Shown: in pieces, positions 53,316-63,069 of the stretch
Position numbering within the stretch: position 1 is the stretch's first letter
Layout: every line of letters begins with the position of its first letter
DNA from: Methanotrichaceae archaeon
GTDB lineage: Archaea; Halobacteriota; Methanosarcinia; Methanotrichales; Methanotrichaceae
Direction: 5' to 3'
Length of the DNA: 64,000 nt
Assembly (NCBI GenBank): GCA_963803145.1
Contig: CAWDLW010000017.1
Coordinates: forward strand, 1-64,000
The notes under the pieces: generated by a model
Databases searched by the model: none
Told to the model about the DNA's origin: nothing
The model's input: only the letters and a program-made list of their open reading frames with translations
Program-made: the position numbers and the translations under genes

Positions 53316-53717
53316 CTACATTATATTGCAAATAAAGACAACCTTTTCCAGATCTTTCATCGGCTTCACTGGATTACCTAATGCGAGCGCAGGCTCGATG
53401 CTCTCAATATTGGTTTGGAATTTGGTTGGATACGCAATATTGCCCTCGTTAAGGCTGCTCATACCAATGGCTCCTCCACTCATGCCTTTGCCAATCTGAA
53501 GAACGGATGAGCCCTCAGGCAAAGTCGCAGGCTGGATAGTTTCAACGGATGTGAGATTATTCGTTTTATTCAATACCGTTATATTTTTTGACATCGTATT
53601 ATTTACCGCCGCATTATTTTCTTGTGTAGCAGCTGACGATAGTACTGATACCAATAATATAGCAGCCATCAGCGCCATGATGCCTTTTGTGAAACTATCA
53701 CGCATACAATCCCTCAA
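53316..53717 (-). CDS. Secreted hypothetical protein
   Basis: Signal peptide and N-glycosylation sequons. Confidence 0.7.
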   Translation of the reverse strand: MRDCMRDSFTKGIMALMAAILLVSVLSSAATQENNAAVNNTMSKNITVLNKTNNLTSVETIQPATLPEGSSVLQIGKGMSGGAIGMSSLNEGNIAYPTKFQTNIESIEPALALGNPVKPMKDLEKVVFICNIM

Positions 53718-53763
53718 ATGTATGTGGACATCCTAAAGGATATCAAACTATTCAGCCAAAGTT

Positions 53764-54537
53764 TTACGCTTTAATCCTGTCATCATCTTTATCGAAATCG
53801 CATGTTTGGCTTTCGACAAATTCGTCTCCCTGCCTTATCAGCTCACTGACGATCTTGCCGTCAACAATTCGCAGTATCCTATCTGTCTTCTCTGCCATTC
53901 GCATATCATGTGTAACCAGAATGAATGTCTGGTTCATCTTGCGGTTCAGCTCTCTGAGTAACTCGTAAATTCTATCCGAGGTCTTTGTATCCAGGTTGCC
54001 GGTCAGCTCGTCGCCGATAACAATTGAAGGTCCATTGACAAGGGCCCTTGCGACGGCCACACGTTGATTCTGGCCGCCGCTGAGTTGACTGGGCCTGTTG
54101 TCCAGCCGATCTTCAAGGCCTACTGATACCAGAAGCTCCCTGGCCTTCACGCGAGCCTCCTCTCTGCTCTTGCCTGCGATAAGCATGGGTATCATGACAT
54201 TCTCAAGGGCGCTGAACTCGGGTATGAGATGATGGTACTGGAAGACAAATCCCAGCTCACGGTTTCTCAACATGGCCCTTTTATTTGGGTCGGCTGCTGT
54301 AACATCTATATCGCTCAGTAAGATCTGACCGCTTGTTGGTGTATCGAGAAGCCCGATCATATTCAGGAGAGTGCTCTTGCCGCTGCCGCTTGGGCCCACG
54401 ATTGATAGGAACTCGCCCTTCTTTATTTCGAGGTTGATATCATTTAGAGCTATGACATCGACCCCACCTTTATAGATCTTGGTCAGATTCTTTATGGTTA
54501 TTATGTTGTTATCGATTTTGCCTTTGGCATCAATCAC
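53764..54537 (-). CDS. ABC ATPase, LolD/MacB type
   Basis: GPSGSGKST, LSGGQ, TGNLD. Confidence 0.93.
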   Translation of the reverse strand: MIDAKGKIDNNIITIKNLTKIYKGGVDVIALNDINLEIKKGEFLSIVGPSGSGKSTLLNMIGLLDTPTSGQILLSDIDVTAADPNKRAMLRNRELGFVFQYHHLIPEFSALENVMIPMLIAGKSREEARVKARELLVSVGLEDRLDNRPSQLSGGQNQRVAVARALVNGPSIVIGDELTGNLDTKTSDRIYELLRELNRKMNQTFILVTHDMRMAEKTDRILRIVDGKIVSELIRQGDEFVESQTCDFDKDDDRIKA

Positions 54538-54759
54538 TCTCTATTGCCTCCGCTGGATAAATCCTGGGCCTTGCTGTCATTATCATTTGAGGGGTTCCTT
54601 CTCGCGCTGGTCACATCCATGGGATATTTCCCTGAATATTAGTTGTTATCCCTATCAATGCCAATTCAAAAAGCTCAGCTTCAAACAGTTAGTAATTGAT
54701 AATCAAGGGATCGGAATGGATAATCTCCGCTGAATAGATAATGGCTAACGTCCCTACTT

Positions 54760-55776
54760 TCAGCTATATTCCAGCGAGCTAACCATTGCAAGAGCGACAT
54801 CCGCCTCAAAGACATAGCCGAGCGCACCAAGAGCAATACCTTTGGCCTTCCAGGCCTTGGCATATCGCGGATTGATCTCAATTGCCGTATCAAGAGCTTT
54901 AATAGCTTCATCATATCTGCTCTGGGAAGAAAGAGCTATGCCTTTAGCATACCATGCCTTGCTGAAAAATGGATCAAGATTGGTGGCTTTATCATAGCAT
55001 TCAATCGCCTCGCTGCACTTATTCAGCTCATATAGAGCGATGCCTTTGTTATACCAGATGGCCGCATATTTTGAATCAATCTCTATAGCGCTTTCATAAG
55101 CTTTGACTGCTTCTACATATTTTCTAAGAACTCTCAGAGCATTGCCCTTATTATTCCATGCGGACACGTTTGCAGGGTTTAACATAAGGACCCTTTCGTA
55201 CAAATTCAGTTTGCTGCTCCACGCATCGATATTTTTAGGGTCCAGTTCGATGACTCTGTCATAGCATTTGTCAGCATCTTTGTATTTGCCCTGATACTTG
55301 AGAACATTGCCTTTGTTAAACCAGGCTTCGATATGTTCTGGATCCAGCCCGAGGGTATAATCATAATACCACATGGCCTCGATGAATCTTCCATAGAATT
55401 GGAAGCATCTGCCTTTGTTGTTCCAGGCGTTCGTGTTCTTTGGATCTAGTTCTATTACCTTGCTGTAACACTTCATAGCTTCATGATAATTTCTGAGATT
55501 TAGCAGCGAATTGCCCTTACTGATCCAAGCCTTTACATTCTTTGGATCCAGCTTGATGACCTTATCATAACACTTCGCTGCTTTGGCGTACTTTCCAAGA
55601 TCCATCAAAGAGCTGCATTTATCGGTCCATTCGTCGGCATTCTTGGGACCGTATAATTTGGATCTGATACAATCTAGAAAACAAGCAGCCTCTCCCCGAT
55701 CGAAAATATTTGCTATATTAGCCCATCTTTTCGGGCTCGGTGGGGCCATTGTGTAATATATATGCCGCCAACACAT
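54760..55776 (-). CDS. Tetratricopeptide-repeat protein
   Basis: AW.NKG..L...EA..CYDK.I.LDP repeats. Confidence 0.9.
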   Translation of the reverse strand: MCWRHIYYTMAPPSPKRWANIANIFDRGEAACFLDCIRSKLYGPKNADEWTDKCSSLMDLGKYAKAAKCYDKVIKLDPKNVKAWISKGNSLLNLRNYHEAMKCYSKVIELDPKNTNAWNNKGRCFQFYGRFIEAMWYYDYTLGLDPEHIEAWFNKGNVLKYQGKYKDADKCYDRVIELDPKNIDAWSSKLNLYERVLMLNPANVSAWNNKGNALRVLRKYVEAVKAYESAIEIDSKYAAIWYNKGIALYELNKCSEAIECYDKATNLDPFFSKAWYAKGIALSSQSRYDEAIKALDTAIEINPRYAKAWKAKGIALGALGYVFEADVALAMVSSLEYS

Positions 55777-55793
55777 ATATTACTTTTGAATAT

Positions 55794-56954
55794 TCACATG
55801 CTTCCAATCGCCTCAACAGGGTCCATCCTTGAGGCCTTCCATGCAGGATAAAGCCCTGCAACGAAGTTCACCAGAATTGCAAACACAACAGCAATGGCGA
55901 AGGATTCGGGCTGTATGGAGACATTCAGCCTTGAAACCCTATAGATCTCGCTCGGAAGCTCTATGTTATATGACATTATGAGCTGAGCAGTCAGATAAGC
56001 AAGCCCGCTTCCAAAGATGGCCGAGGGCGGGGCGAGTATAAGGCTCTCTATCAAAAATATCTTGAGTATGGATATACGCCGCGCCCCCATAGCCATCAAT
56101 ATGCCGATCTCCTTTGTGCGTCTGGTGATTATCATTATCATAGTATTGGCTATGCCAAAGCCTGCTATTGCAAAGATGAGTATGTAGAATATGAACGAGA
56201 AGAACGACTGTGTCTGGATGAGGTTCAGTATATCGGCATTCATATCCTCCCAGGATTTCGCCTTGTAGTTGAACTTTGAGTTCAGATCTCCGGTTATATA
56301 AGGAGCCTGATAGATATCGTTTATCTTGGCATCAACCTCGGTGACGACATCTCCCTTGCCGAGCAATTGCTGTGCAGTGGCGAGGGGCAGATAAACAAGC
56401 GATTCATCATTTGCATTTCCCATCTCAAAGATGCCTGCCACTTTGAGCTTCACAGAGCTGTTCTGTAGCACTAGCAGGAAATCATCGTCTGCCTTCAGCT
56501 TCAGATCCGAAGCGAGCTTAGTTCCTATGAATGCAGAGTACTTTCTTGATTTCAGGTCCTGGAAGTTTCCCAAAATCGTGTCCCTTTGAACATTCATCAG
56601 CTTATCTTCATCGTAAGGGTTGACTCCAATGAAGTTAACTCCTCTAACCTTATCTTTGTACTGAGCAGCAGCCTTTCCAGTAAGCCTTGAAGATACAGCA
56701 TAAACGCCAGGATATTTACTGATTATGTCTGACAGCGTTCTGAAAAGATAGATGTACTTCTCGTCCTCCTTCGGCTGAACGGTGATGTGCGGATTGTTCT
56801 CCACTGTTGTCTTAATCACATCTGATTGAAAGCCGCTCATAATCCCCATAAGCACTACGATTACAGCCACTGCTAGGGTGACGGCTAGAACAGTAAACAT
56901 GGCCATCTTGGGGTTTCTAATGATATGTCTTTTGGCTATGGTGAACTCGTACAT
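55794..56954 (-). CDS. ABC permease, LolE/FtsX type
   Basis: EIGILMAMGA, YPAWKASRMDPVEAI. Confidence 0.92.
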   Translation of the reverse strand: MYEFTIAKRHIIRNPKMAMFTVLAVTLAVAVIVVLMGIMSGFQSDVIKTTVENNPHITVQPKEDEKYIYLFRTLSDIISKYPGVYAVSSRLTGKAAAQYKDKVRGVNFIGVNPYDEDKLMNVQRDTILGNFQDLKSRKYSAFIGTKLASDLKLKADDDFLLVLQNSSVKLKVAGIFEMGNANDESLVYLPLATAQQLLGKGDVVTEVDAKINDIYQAPYITGDLNSKFNYKAKSWEDMNADILNLIQTQSFFSFIFYILIFAIAGFGIANTMIMIITRRTKEIGILMAMGARRISILKIFLIESLILAPPSAIFGSGLAYLTAQLIMSYNIELPSEIYRVSRLNVSIQPESFAIAVVFAILVNFVAGLYPAWKASRMDPVEAIGSM

Positions 56955-56960
56955 CTCAAC

Positions 56961-58124
56961 TCAGCCCTTAATGGCCTCCACAGGATCAAGCCTTGATGCC
57001 TTCCAGGCAGGGTAAGCGCCTGCAATCACGCTCAAAGCTGCTGCAAGTAAGACGATGACCAGATAGTTCCAGGGATTGATTACAACAGGTAGCGTGATAC
57101 TTTGTCCTCCCGGAGCTTCAACTTTAATCTCTAGGCTCTTTAGATACAGCGACATAATCAGGCCGACGATAGCGCCACTAGCGCCGCCTATGAATCCCAG
57201 AATGCCGCTCTCGACCAAGAAGACGTTCCTTATCGTTCTGCCCGTAGCTCCAAGGGCCATGAGCATGCCTATCTCGCTTGTCTTCTCATTCACGAGCATG
57301 TACATTACGCTCCCTATGCCGAAGGAAGCGATTATCATTATCAGCAGCATTATCAGTCTATTTTGGAAGCGCTCAACAGAGAGTGTCCTCAGTATGTCGG
57401 GGTAAAGCTGCTGCCAGCTCTCGGCATTATATCCATACGATGACAGGATTCTGCTCACGGCATCGGCCTGGTAGACATCATAGAGCTTTATATCGACGGA
57501 GGATGCCACATCGCCTTTGTTCAGGAAGCTTCTTGCGGTTGGAAGCGACACGAACGTCAGATCATCCGGCCATCCTGCGGGCGTACTGTAGATTCCCGAT
57601 ACGACGAGGCTTGTAGGTTCCGCATTAGGGAAGCTCGCATCGACAGTGTCTCCAAGCTTCAACTTGAGCCGGTCAGCCAACTGCTGACCCATAACAACGT
57701 TGTTTCCGCTCTCGATGGATGCGATATCGCCGCGGACGATGTTTTTGCCTATGCTTACGTAGATCCGAACCATGTCGGAAGGAATTACGCCATCCATCAC
57801 CACATTCTCGACGTTATCCTTATGCGTGAATGTAGCAGTTGTGCCTAAGCTTGGGGATACTACAGATACGCCCGGAATTGATACTGCCTTATCTATGAGG
57901 TTTTTGTAAAGGTAGATGTAATCGTCCCCTTCCTTCGGCGAGACCGTAACGTGCGGCAGATCCTCGACGATAATATTGAAGAGCATCTCCTGGAATCCGT
58001 CCTGAAGCGATACAGACGTCATGGAGATGGCTACAGCAAGCCCTATGGCCAGTACGGATAAGGCGGTTTGCCTTCTGCGAGTAGTGATATGTCGCAGGGC
58101 AATGAAAGGCGCGAGCAGCTCTAT
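56961..58124 (-). CDS. ABC permease, LolC/FtsX type; start ATA (58124) or CTG (58118)
   Basis: In-frame N-terminus FIALRHITTRRRQTALSVLAIGLAV upstream of 58022; YPAWKASRLDPVEAI. Confidence 0.9.
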   Translation of the reverse strand: MELLAPFIALRHITTRRRQTALSVLAIGLAVAISMTSVSLQDGFQEMLFNIIVEDLPHVTVSPKEGDDYIYLYKNLIDKAVSIPGVSVVSPSLGTTATFTHKDNVENVVMDGVIPSDMVRIYVSIGKNIVRGDIASIESGNNVVMGQQLADRLKLKLGDTVDASFPNAEPTSLVVSGIYSTPAGWPDDLTFVSLPTARSFLNKGDVASSVDIKLYDVYQADAVSRILSSYGYNAESWQQLYPDILRTLSVERFQNRLIMLLIMIIASFGIGSVMYMLVNEKTSEIGMLMALGATGRTIRNVFLVESGILGFIGGASGAIVGLIMSLYLKSLEIKVEAPGGQSITLPVVINPWNYLVIVLLAAALSVIAGAYPAWKASRLDPVEAIKG

Positions 58125-58178
58125 CCCTTCCCTGCCATAATATCAGTCATAGTTGTAATCATCCTAGCATTGGTAATT

Positions 58179-58234
58179 TTATCACTGGTCATCTTATCAC
58201 TGGTCGCCATATCATTGCCAGCTTATCACTGGTC
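58179..58234. repeat. Three copies of TTATCACTGGTC between divergent genes
   Basis: At 58179, 58194 and 58223. Confidence 0.7.
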
Positions 58235-58387
58235 CAGGTGCCTGTCTAATGCCGACATCAACAATGATCTTCCAATCGCCACGGCTTGATTAACCTTTCC
58301 AGCCAAGGCAGCAGCCCTAATCGCGGCAGATTCCAGGGTTAATTTTAAACCCATTTAGGCGTCTATAAGCTCCAGCAGGTAAATCCC

Positions 58388-59419
58388 ATGAGAATGTATC
58401 CAGTCTTGTTCGCGGCCGCCCTTGTGGCCATGATATGCACGGCCCAGTCACAGGAGATAACTGATGTCTTCTCCAACATAGCGCTGTCAGATACATCTGT
58501 CAGCGGAGATGTTGCAGGCGATCAGCTCAATCTCGACCTCTCCTCAGGCGGCCAGGTTCTTCAGACGCGGACATTGAGCCTCGACGGTCCTGGCACATAT
58601 GTATATGAATGGAACCCCTCTGGGGCTGACAAGGGATCATATGATGTCTGCGCCAGCCTTCTTAATGGGGGAAAGGTGCAATCAAAGAGGTGCTATACAT
58701 TCTTCTATGCAGGCCAGACGCCTGTGAGATTCGATGTCAGAGACTTCAATGCAAACTCAAATGGCATACATCTCTCCATATTGTCTGCGGACCCCACAAT
58801 TGTGGATATCTATTACATGCTCATAGTGGGAAACAAAGCGCTTTACATATCAAAGGATGAATCTGTCTCTATAGCCAGTGGGATGCCTCTGGAGATCGAT
58901 AGACCCTGGCACCAGATCCTTCAAGACGGCCAGGAATATTCAGGGCTAGTCAAGATCGTCGAGATCAATAGCAACTTGACAAGGGCTTTCGTGAACTCCT
59001 TTGTCGCTAAGGATAATGCGATGATAACAGAGACCTACGAGGATGAGACAGGGGCGAGCGCAACAGTTCTCGGCGACTCCAGAGTTCCTTTTGCAGGAAA
59101 GCTCGAGTTCATCCTATCCCAGAACGGCACTGTGCTTCAGACTGTTGAGAAGAAGACACCAGTGCTCCTCACAGGCAAGGATGAGACCGTGGAGATCTCA
59201 TGGAATAAAACGCTGGACCCTGGGATCTATCAGCTAAGAGTGATTCTTCTTGGGAATATGGGTGATGTGAGGGATGTGAAGGAAAGCATAATCGAGGCCA
59301 AGCCGATTGTCTCGCTTACAAACACAACTGCGCCCCAAAAGAGCCCGCTGCCTGAGGCTGCAGCATTTGTTGCTCTGGTTGCAGCTGCATTCATCAGACG
59401 GAGGAGATCCTGGCGATGA
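58388..59419 (+). CDS. Cell-surface protein with C-terminal motif-TM-polyArg sorting-type tail
   Basis: Signal peptide, Ig-like strands, KSPLPEAAAFVALVAAAFIRRRR. Confidence 0.8.
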   Translation: MRMYPVLFAAALVAMICTAQSQEITDVFSNIALSDTSVSGDVAGDQLNLDLSSGGQVLQTRTLSLDGPGTYVYEWNPSGADKGSYDVCASLLNGGKVQSKRCYTFFYAGQTPVRFDVRDFNANSNGIHLSILSADPTIVDIYYMLIVGNKALYISKDESVSIASGMPLEIDRPWHQILQDGQEYSGLVKIVEINSNLTRAFVNSFVAKDNAMITETYEDETGASATVLGDSRVPFAGKLEFILSQNGTVLQTVEKKTPVLLTGKDETVEISWNKTLDPGIYQLRVILLGNMGDVRDVKESIIEAKPIVSLTNTTAPQKSPLPEAAAFVALVAAAFIRRRRSWR

Positions 59420-59519
59420 TTATGCAGGGTGATTACGATTATGGGAAGGCCGATATGCGCCTCAATATGCGCTTATAAATACTGTAAATGCATTTAATAC
59501 ATTTTGTCGGAGGTTTGGG

Positions 59520-59957
59520 ATGAATAAAATGGTGATCTGCTTAACATGCCTTGTAGCTTTAATGGCTGCAACAATTGCGCCATCCTTTGCCCAGGGTGGT
59601 CAGAATACTGCTACGAACACTTCTCTGAACTCTAGTAATATGACCAATAACTCTACGGGGCCGGCGCTTCGCGTTGGCTTTGAGACAACAAAGCCAGTCA
59701 ACAACCTTGATAGGTTCGGGAATAAGTCGGCTTACAACATCGAAGCATACTCACAGAACAAGCTTCTTTACAACACCAGCAATGCAACTCCAGTTCAGCC
59801 TGTGTTTAACGTCAGCGAGCGTTCAGGGGTTCCGCCCACGATCATATATAATACAGGACAAACAAAGCCCATGGTTAGCATCAACACATCCTCATCGCTG
59901 CCCGTCTACAATATCGCAACCTACTCACCGATAATGATGGGCACTCCAATTCCTTGA
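59520..59957 (+). CDS. Secreted Asn/Ser/Thr-rich hypothetical protein
   Basis: GGAGG RBS, signal peptide, sequons. Confidence 0.75.
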   Translation: MNKMVICLTCLVALMAATIAPSFAQGGQNTATNTSLNSSNMTNNSTGPALRVGFETTKPVNNLDRFGNKSAYNIEAYSQNKLLYNTSNATPVQPVFNVSERSGVPPTIIYNTGQTKPMVSINTSSSLPVYNIATYSPIMMGTPIP

Positions 59958-60042
59958 AAAAGGCTCCTTGCTATTTCCTGTAGGTATATTCAAGAGGAGC
60001 CCTAGAGGTCTTTATGTCATCGGCAGAGTTCAGAGAACGCTC

Positions 60043-60180
60043 ACCACAGAGAAACGCCATGCCCAGAGAGTCTCCAAGGAAAATCGTCTTTGTGCTCTTT
60101 GTGACCTTTGTGGTGAATTAGTTTTTTTATTGCCACAAAACGAACGAGATTCAACCACAAAGAGCACAAAGAACGCACAA
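60043..60180. repeat. REP-like palindromic element of 9-bp CTTTGTGNN units
   Basis: CTTTGTGCTCTTTGTG (~60087) and its exact reverse complement CACAAAGAGCACAAAG (~60156); between convergent genes. Confidence 0.7.
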
Positions 60181-60266
60181 ATGATCTTTTAAATCGGAAG
60201 GATGTCGCTTGGAAGGGATTTTTTAAGTTATCCTTGTAGTTCGAAAACTCCTCTGAGGCCCTGGCC

Positions 60267-60692
60267 TCAGAGGTATTTCTGAATTCTGTTTGCGAGCGCA
60301 GCCTTGGGATAGGCCCCAACGATCTTGTCTAACAGCTTTCCGTTTTTGAACACGAGCATCGTCGGTATCGCAGAGATCCTGTACTTGTTTGATGTTTTCA
60401 TATTCTCGTCAACGTTCAGCTTTCCGAAGACGACAGTGCCCTTCATCTCCCGCGCCAGCTTCTCGATGACAGGTCCGACCATCCTGCACGGCCCGCACCA
60501 CTCCGCCCAGCAGTCCAGAATGAACAGAGGGTATTGGCCTACAGCAGAATCGATACTGTCATCTTTGACTACAACAGGCTTATCGGGCAGTTGAACACTA
60601 GGTTCAGACGCACCTTGCGGCGGCTTATTTATTTCAGTCATCATTCTCTCCATTTTCTTTTTTCTTATCTCATCAAGCTCATCCAAATTCAT
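60267..60692 (-). CDS. trxA: Thioredoxin
   Basis: WCGPC. Confidence 0.95.
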   Translation of the reverse strand: MNLDELDEIRKKKMERMMTEINKPPQGASEPSVQLPDKPVVVKDDSIDSAVGQYPLFILDCWAEWCGPCRMVGPVIEKLAREMKGTVVFGKLNVDENMKTSNKYRISAIPTMLVFKNGKLLDKIVGAYPKAALANRIQKYL

Positions 60693-61261
60693 GCCTCCAG
60701 CTTCTCTTTGGCATCGGTAATAATGGACTTGAAGTGGCTCAAATCAACGGGCATTATCTCGAAGGGCAGGTTGGTGAAGTCGAAGAACTCCAGAAGCTCA
60801 AGCTCCTTCTGGGAGGCGTCATTCAAAGTATCCATGTAGACCACGCCTTTGAAGGACCCCATCTGCATGCGAGCCTCTGTCGGGCCCCAGTTCAGCCTGC
60901 GGAAGATCTCCTTCCATGCATCCAGCCAGCCCGGCGAGAGGTAAAAGAACAGGCCCTGCTTGGCCTTGTTCTCCATGCCCTTCCTGGTGATGAAGGCATC
61001 TACGCAGTTCTGGCAATCGGCAATCTTTGCATTAAAGGGCTTGAGGATATCATCGATTTTTGGATGGCACTGACCGTATACTACTATTATTCCATCACAG
61101 CCTTTGCAGCTCTCCAGCTCCTTTTTCAGAGCATCTTTGAGTTCGTCGAAGTCAACGTGCAGACCGGGTTCAAGGTAGTGAGCCTCGAAGGGGAATCCAA
61201 GCTCGTCTCGCAGAGCCTCGATCTCCTTCTGAAAGATGCCGCAGGCAATGATTGCGTACAT
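60689..61261 (-). CDS. DUF1638 family protein
   Basis: IACG, GLH, YGQC, NCVD, YLSPGW. Confidence 0.85.
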   Translation of the reverse strand: MYAIIACGIFQKEIEALRDELGFPFEAHYLEPGLHVDFDELKDALKKELESCKGCDGIIVVYGQCHPKIDDILKPFNAKIADCQNCVDAFITRKGMENKAKQGLFFYLSPGWLDAWKEIFRRLNWGPTEARMQMGSFKGVVYMDTLNDASQKELELLEFFDFTNLPFEIMPVDLSHFKSIITDAKEKLEA

Positions 61262-61374
61262 GTCTTTACATCTTTAGGCGGCGATGGGATATATCTATTA
61301 TCGTAGGGGTGCGAGGAAATGATATCTTTTCTACGAGTAAACAGGCGCTGATGTTAGCGATTTTCCGGTTTTCC

Positions 61375-62220
61375 TCACAGTGGATTTTCGTACACCCATA
61401 TCTTACGGCGCACTTCTATTGCTTTCCCATCTTCTGGGTCCATATTTTCGATATAATCTCTTAGCACTTCTTTGATAAGCGGAAAAGGATATCCATAAGT
61501 ATCAATGATATCTTTTATCTCAGTTTCAGGTTTCATAAACTTAATTATCTCCTTTTGTATCTTTAAGAATTCTTTAATTGATTTATTCAAATGATAATTT
61601 TCTCTAAGATCTCTTAGCCTTCTTTCCTGGTTTAATCTCTTATGAAGTTTCTTATATAATTCGTTTACTTTTTCTGAATCTAGCAAGTCAGGATTCCAGC
61701 TAAAAAGCTCTTGTTTGAGCGGGACAGGGTATTTACCCTTCCATTTAACATACTCTGCTAATACTTTTAGAATGTCATCATATCTTTTAAAATTGGTTAT
61801 TTTATTTTCATTCAGTAATTGATCAGTCTCATGTTTATCGATTTTGATTAATCCCTCTTTGGTTAAATATTCTTGATGGTTAACCATTATTATAGCTTTG
61901 ACTAGATTTTCGATAGAAAGACCTAGCAATAGATAATAGATCTCTTTTAAATGGATATCATCGTTTTCTTGTGTCAACTCCGCGTTCATCTCATAATATG
62001 GATAACTACGAGAACAGATTTTATCATGAGGAACCTTATATGCCTCAAATATGATATCTGCAGCTCTTTTAAGCAGTTTGGCATATCTTTCCCAACTAGA
62101 TGGCCCGATACTAAGAGCTCCTTTGATAAAATCTTCTTCAATCATCTTTTCTATAGCTTCTTCTGTTAATGCAGAAAGTGCAATGATTATCCCTCCAAGT
62201 GCCCATTCATTATTTCGCAA
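61375..62220 (-). CDS. Low-GC hypothetical protein, possibly HEPN-like
   Basis: GLSIENLVKAI...H....L...WKGKYPVP; visibly AT-rich. Confidence 0.7.
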   Translation of the reverse strand: MRNNEWALGGIIIALSALTEEAIEKMIEEDFIKGALSIGPSSWERYAKLLKRAADIIFEAYKVPHDKICSRSYPYYEMNAELTQENDDIHLKEIYYLLLGLSIENLVKAIIMVNHQEYLTKEGLIKIDKHETDQLLNENKITNFKRYDDILKVLAEYVKWKGKYPVPLKQELFSWNPDLLDSEKVNELYKKLHKRLNQERRLRDLRENYHLNKSIKEFLKIQKEIIKFMKPETEIKDIIDTYGYPFPLIKEVLRDYIENMDPEDGKAIEVRRKIWVYENPL

Positions 62221-62308
62221 CTAGGTCTCTCAGTATATACTAGGATTGATTAATAGTGTAAAAAGTTCTTTTGTTTGCATTTATTTTAATTATAATAAAT
62301 TAAAAAAA

Positions 62309-62812
62309 TTAGTGCGACAAGTGTAGCGGTATTGTAAAGCTAAATGTCGTGTTTGCTTTTACTTGTCCGCCCACTACATAGTCAAGTCGTGCATTATAGG
62401 TCCCGCTCACCCACTTGGGTTTCATGCCAAGAATAGCAGTTGGAGCTATCGACATATTGTTCCCACAGTTATTAGCAACATGGGGATCACTCCATTGTGA
62501 TAGGCCTGTAATAGCTAGAGATGGGGCATGTGAGGGTGCCTTAAGTGTTGCCAATCTGAAATTGGATGCACTCAATCCGCATATGCCGCGAACCAGTGGG
62601 CTGCTAACATTAAAATATACTGATACTGGATCACTATTCTGCGGGTTTGCAGTAGGTGCAAATATCGCTATTATGTTAATTTTTAGTGGAAGATTAATCA
62701 GTTTTCCTGACGTTGGTGAAATCGTTTTATTTTCAGCGAATGCACAATAAACACTGGATGACACGATAACAATTGCTATCGCCGCAAGCAAAAATTTCGC
62801 AGACTTCGTCAT
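62309..62812 (-). CDS. Secreted beta-sandwich-like protein
   Basis: Signal peptide; similar to the insert domain of 4635-5786. Confidence 0.75.
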   Translation of the reverse strand: MTKSAKFLLAAIAIVIVSSSVYCAFAENKTISPTSGKLINLPLKINIIAIFAPTANPQNSDPVSVYFNVSSPLVRGICGLSASNFRLATLKAPSHAPSLAITGLSQWSDPHVANNCGNNMSIAPTAILGMKPKWVSGTYNARLDYVVGGQVKANTTFSFTIPLHLSH

Positions 62813-63069
62813 ATCCCTCCCTTTGAATATTTTTTGCTTATTGTCTCTGTGTACTTAAGGATTTCCAATATTGAAAGAAGACCGTGCGTTGAAACCTAGA
62901 AAAACACCTTTCCACATCTTCTAAAAATGGGTTTTTTGCTAGAACGCCTGATTAGTCAGCACTTTGTGAGCTATGGCCGATACCCTTAATAGCTGAATGC
63001 CCAAATAACCCTGCGCAATAACGATCATCCATTAATGATCGTCTCAGCAAGCCAAATTTGGTGGTACAA

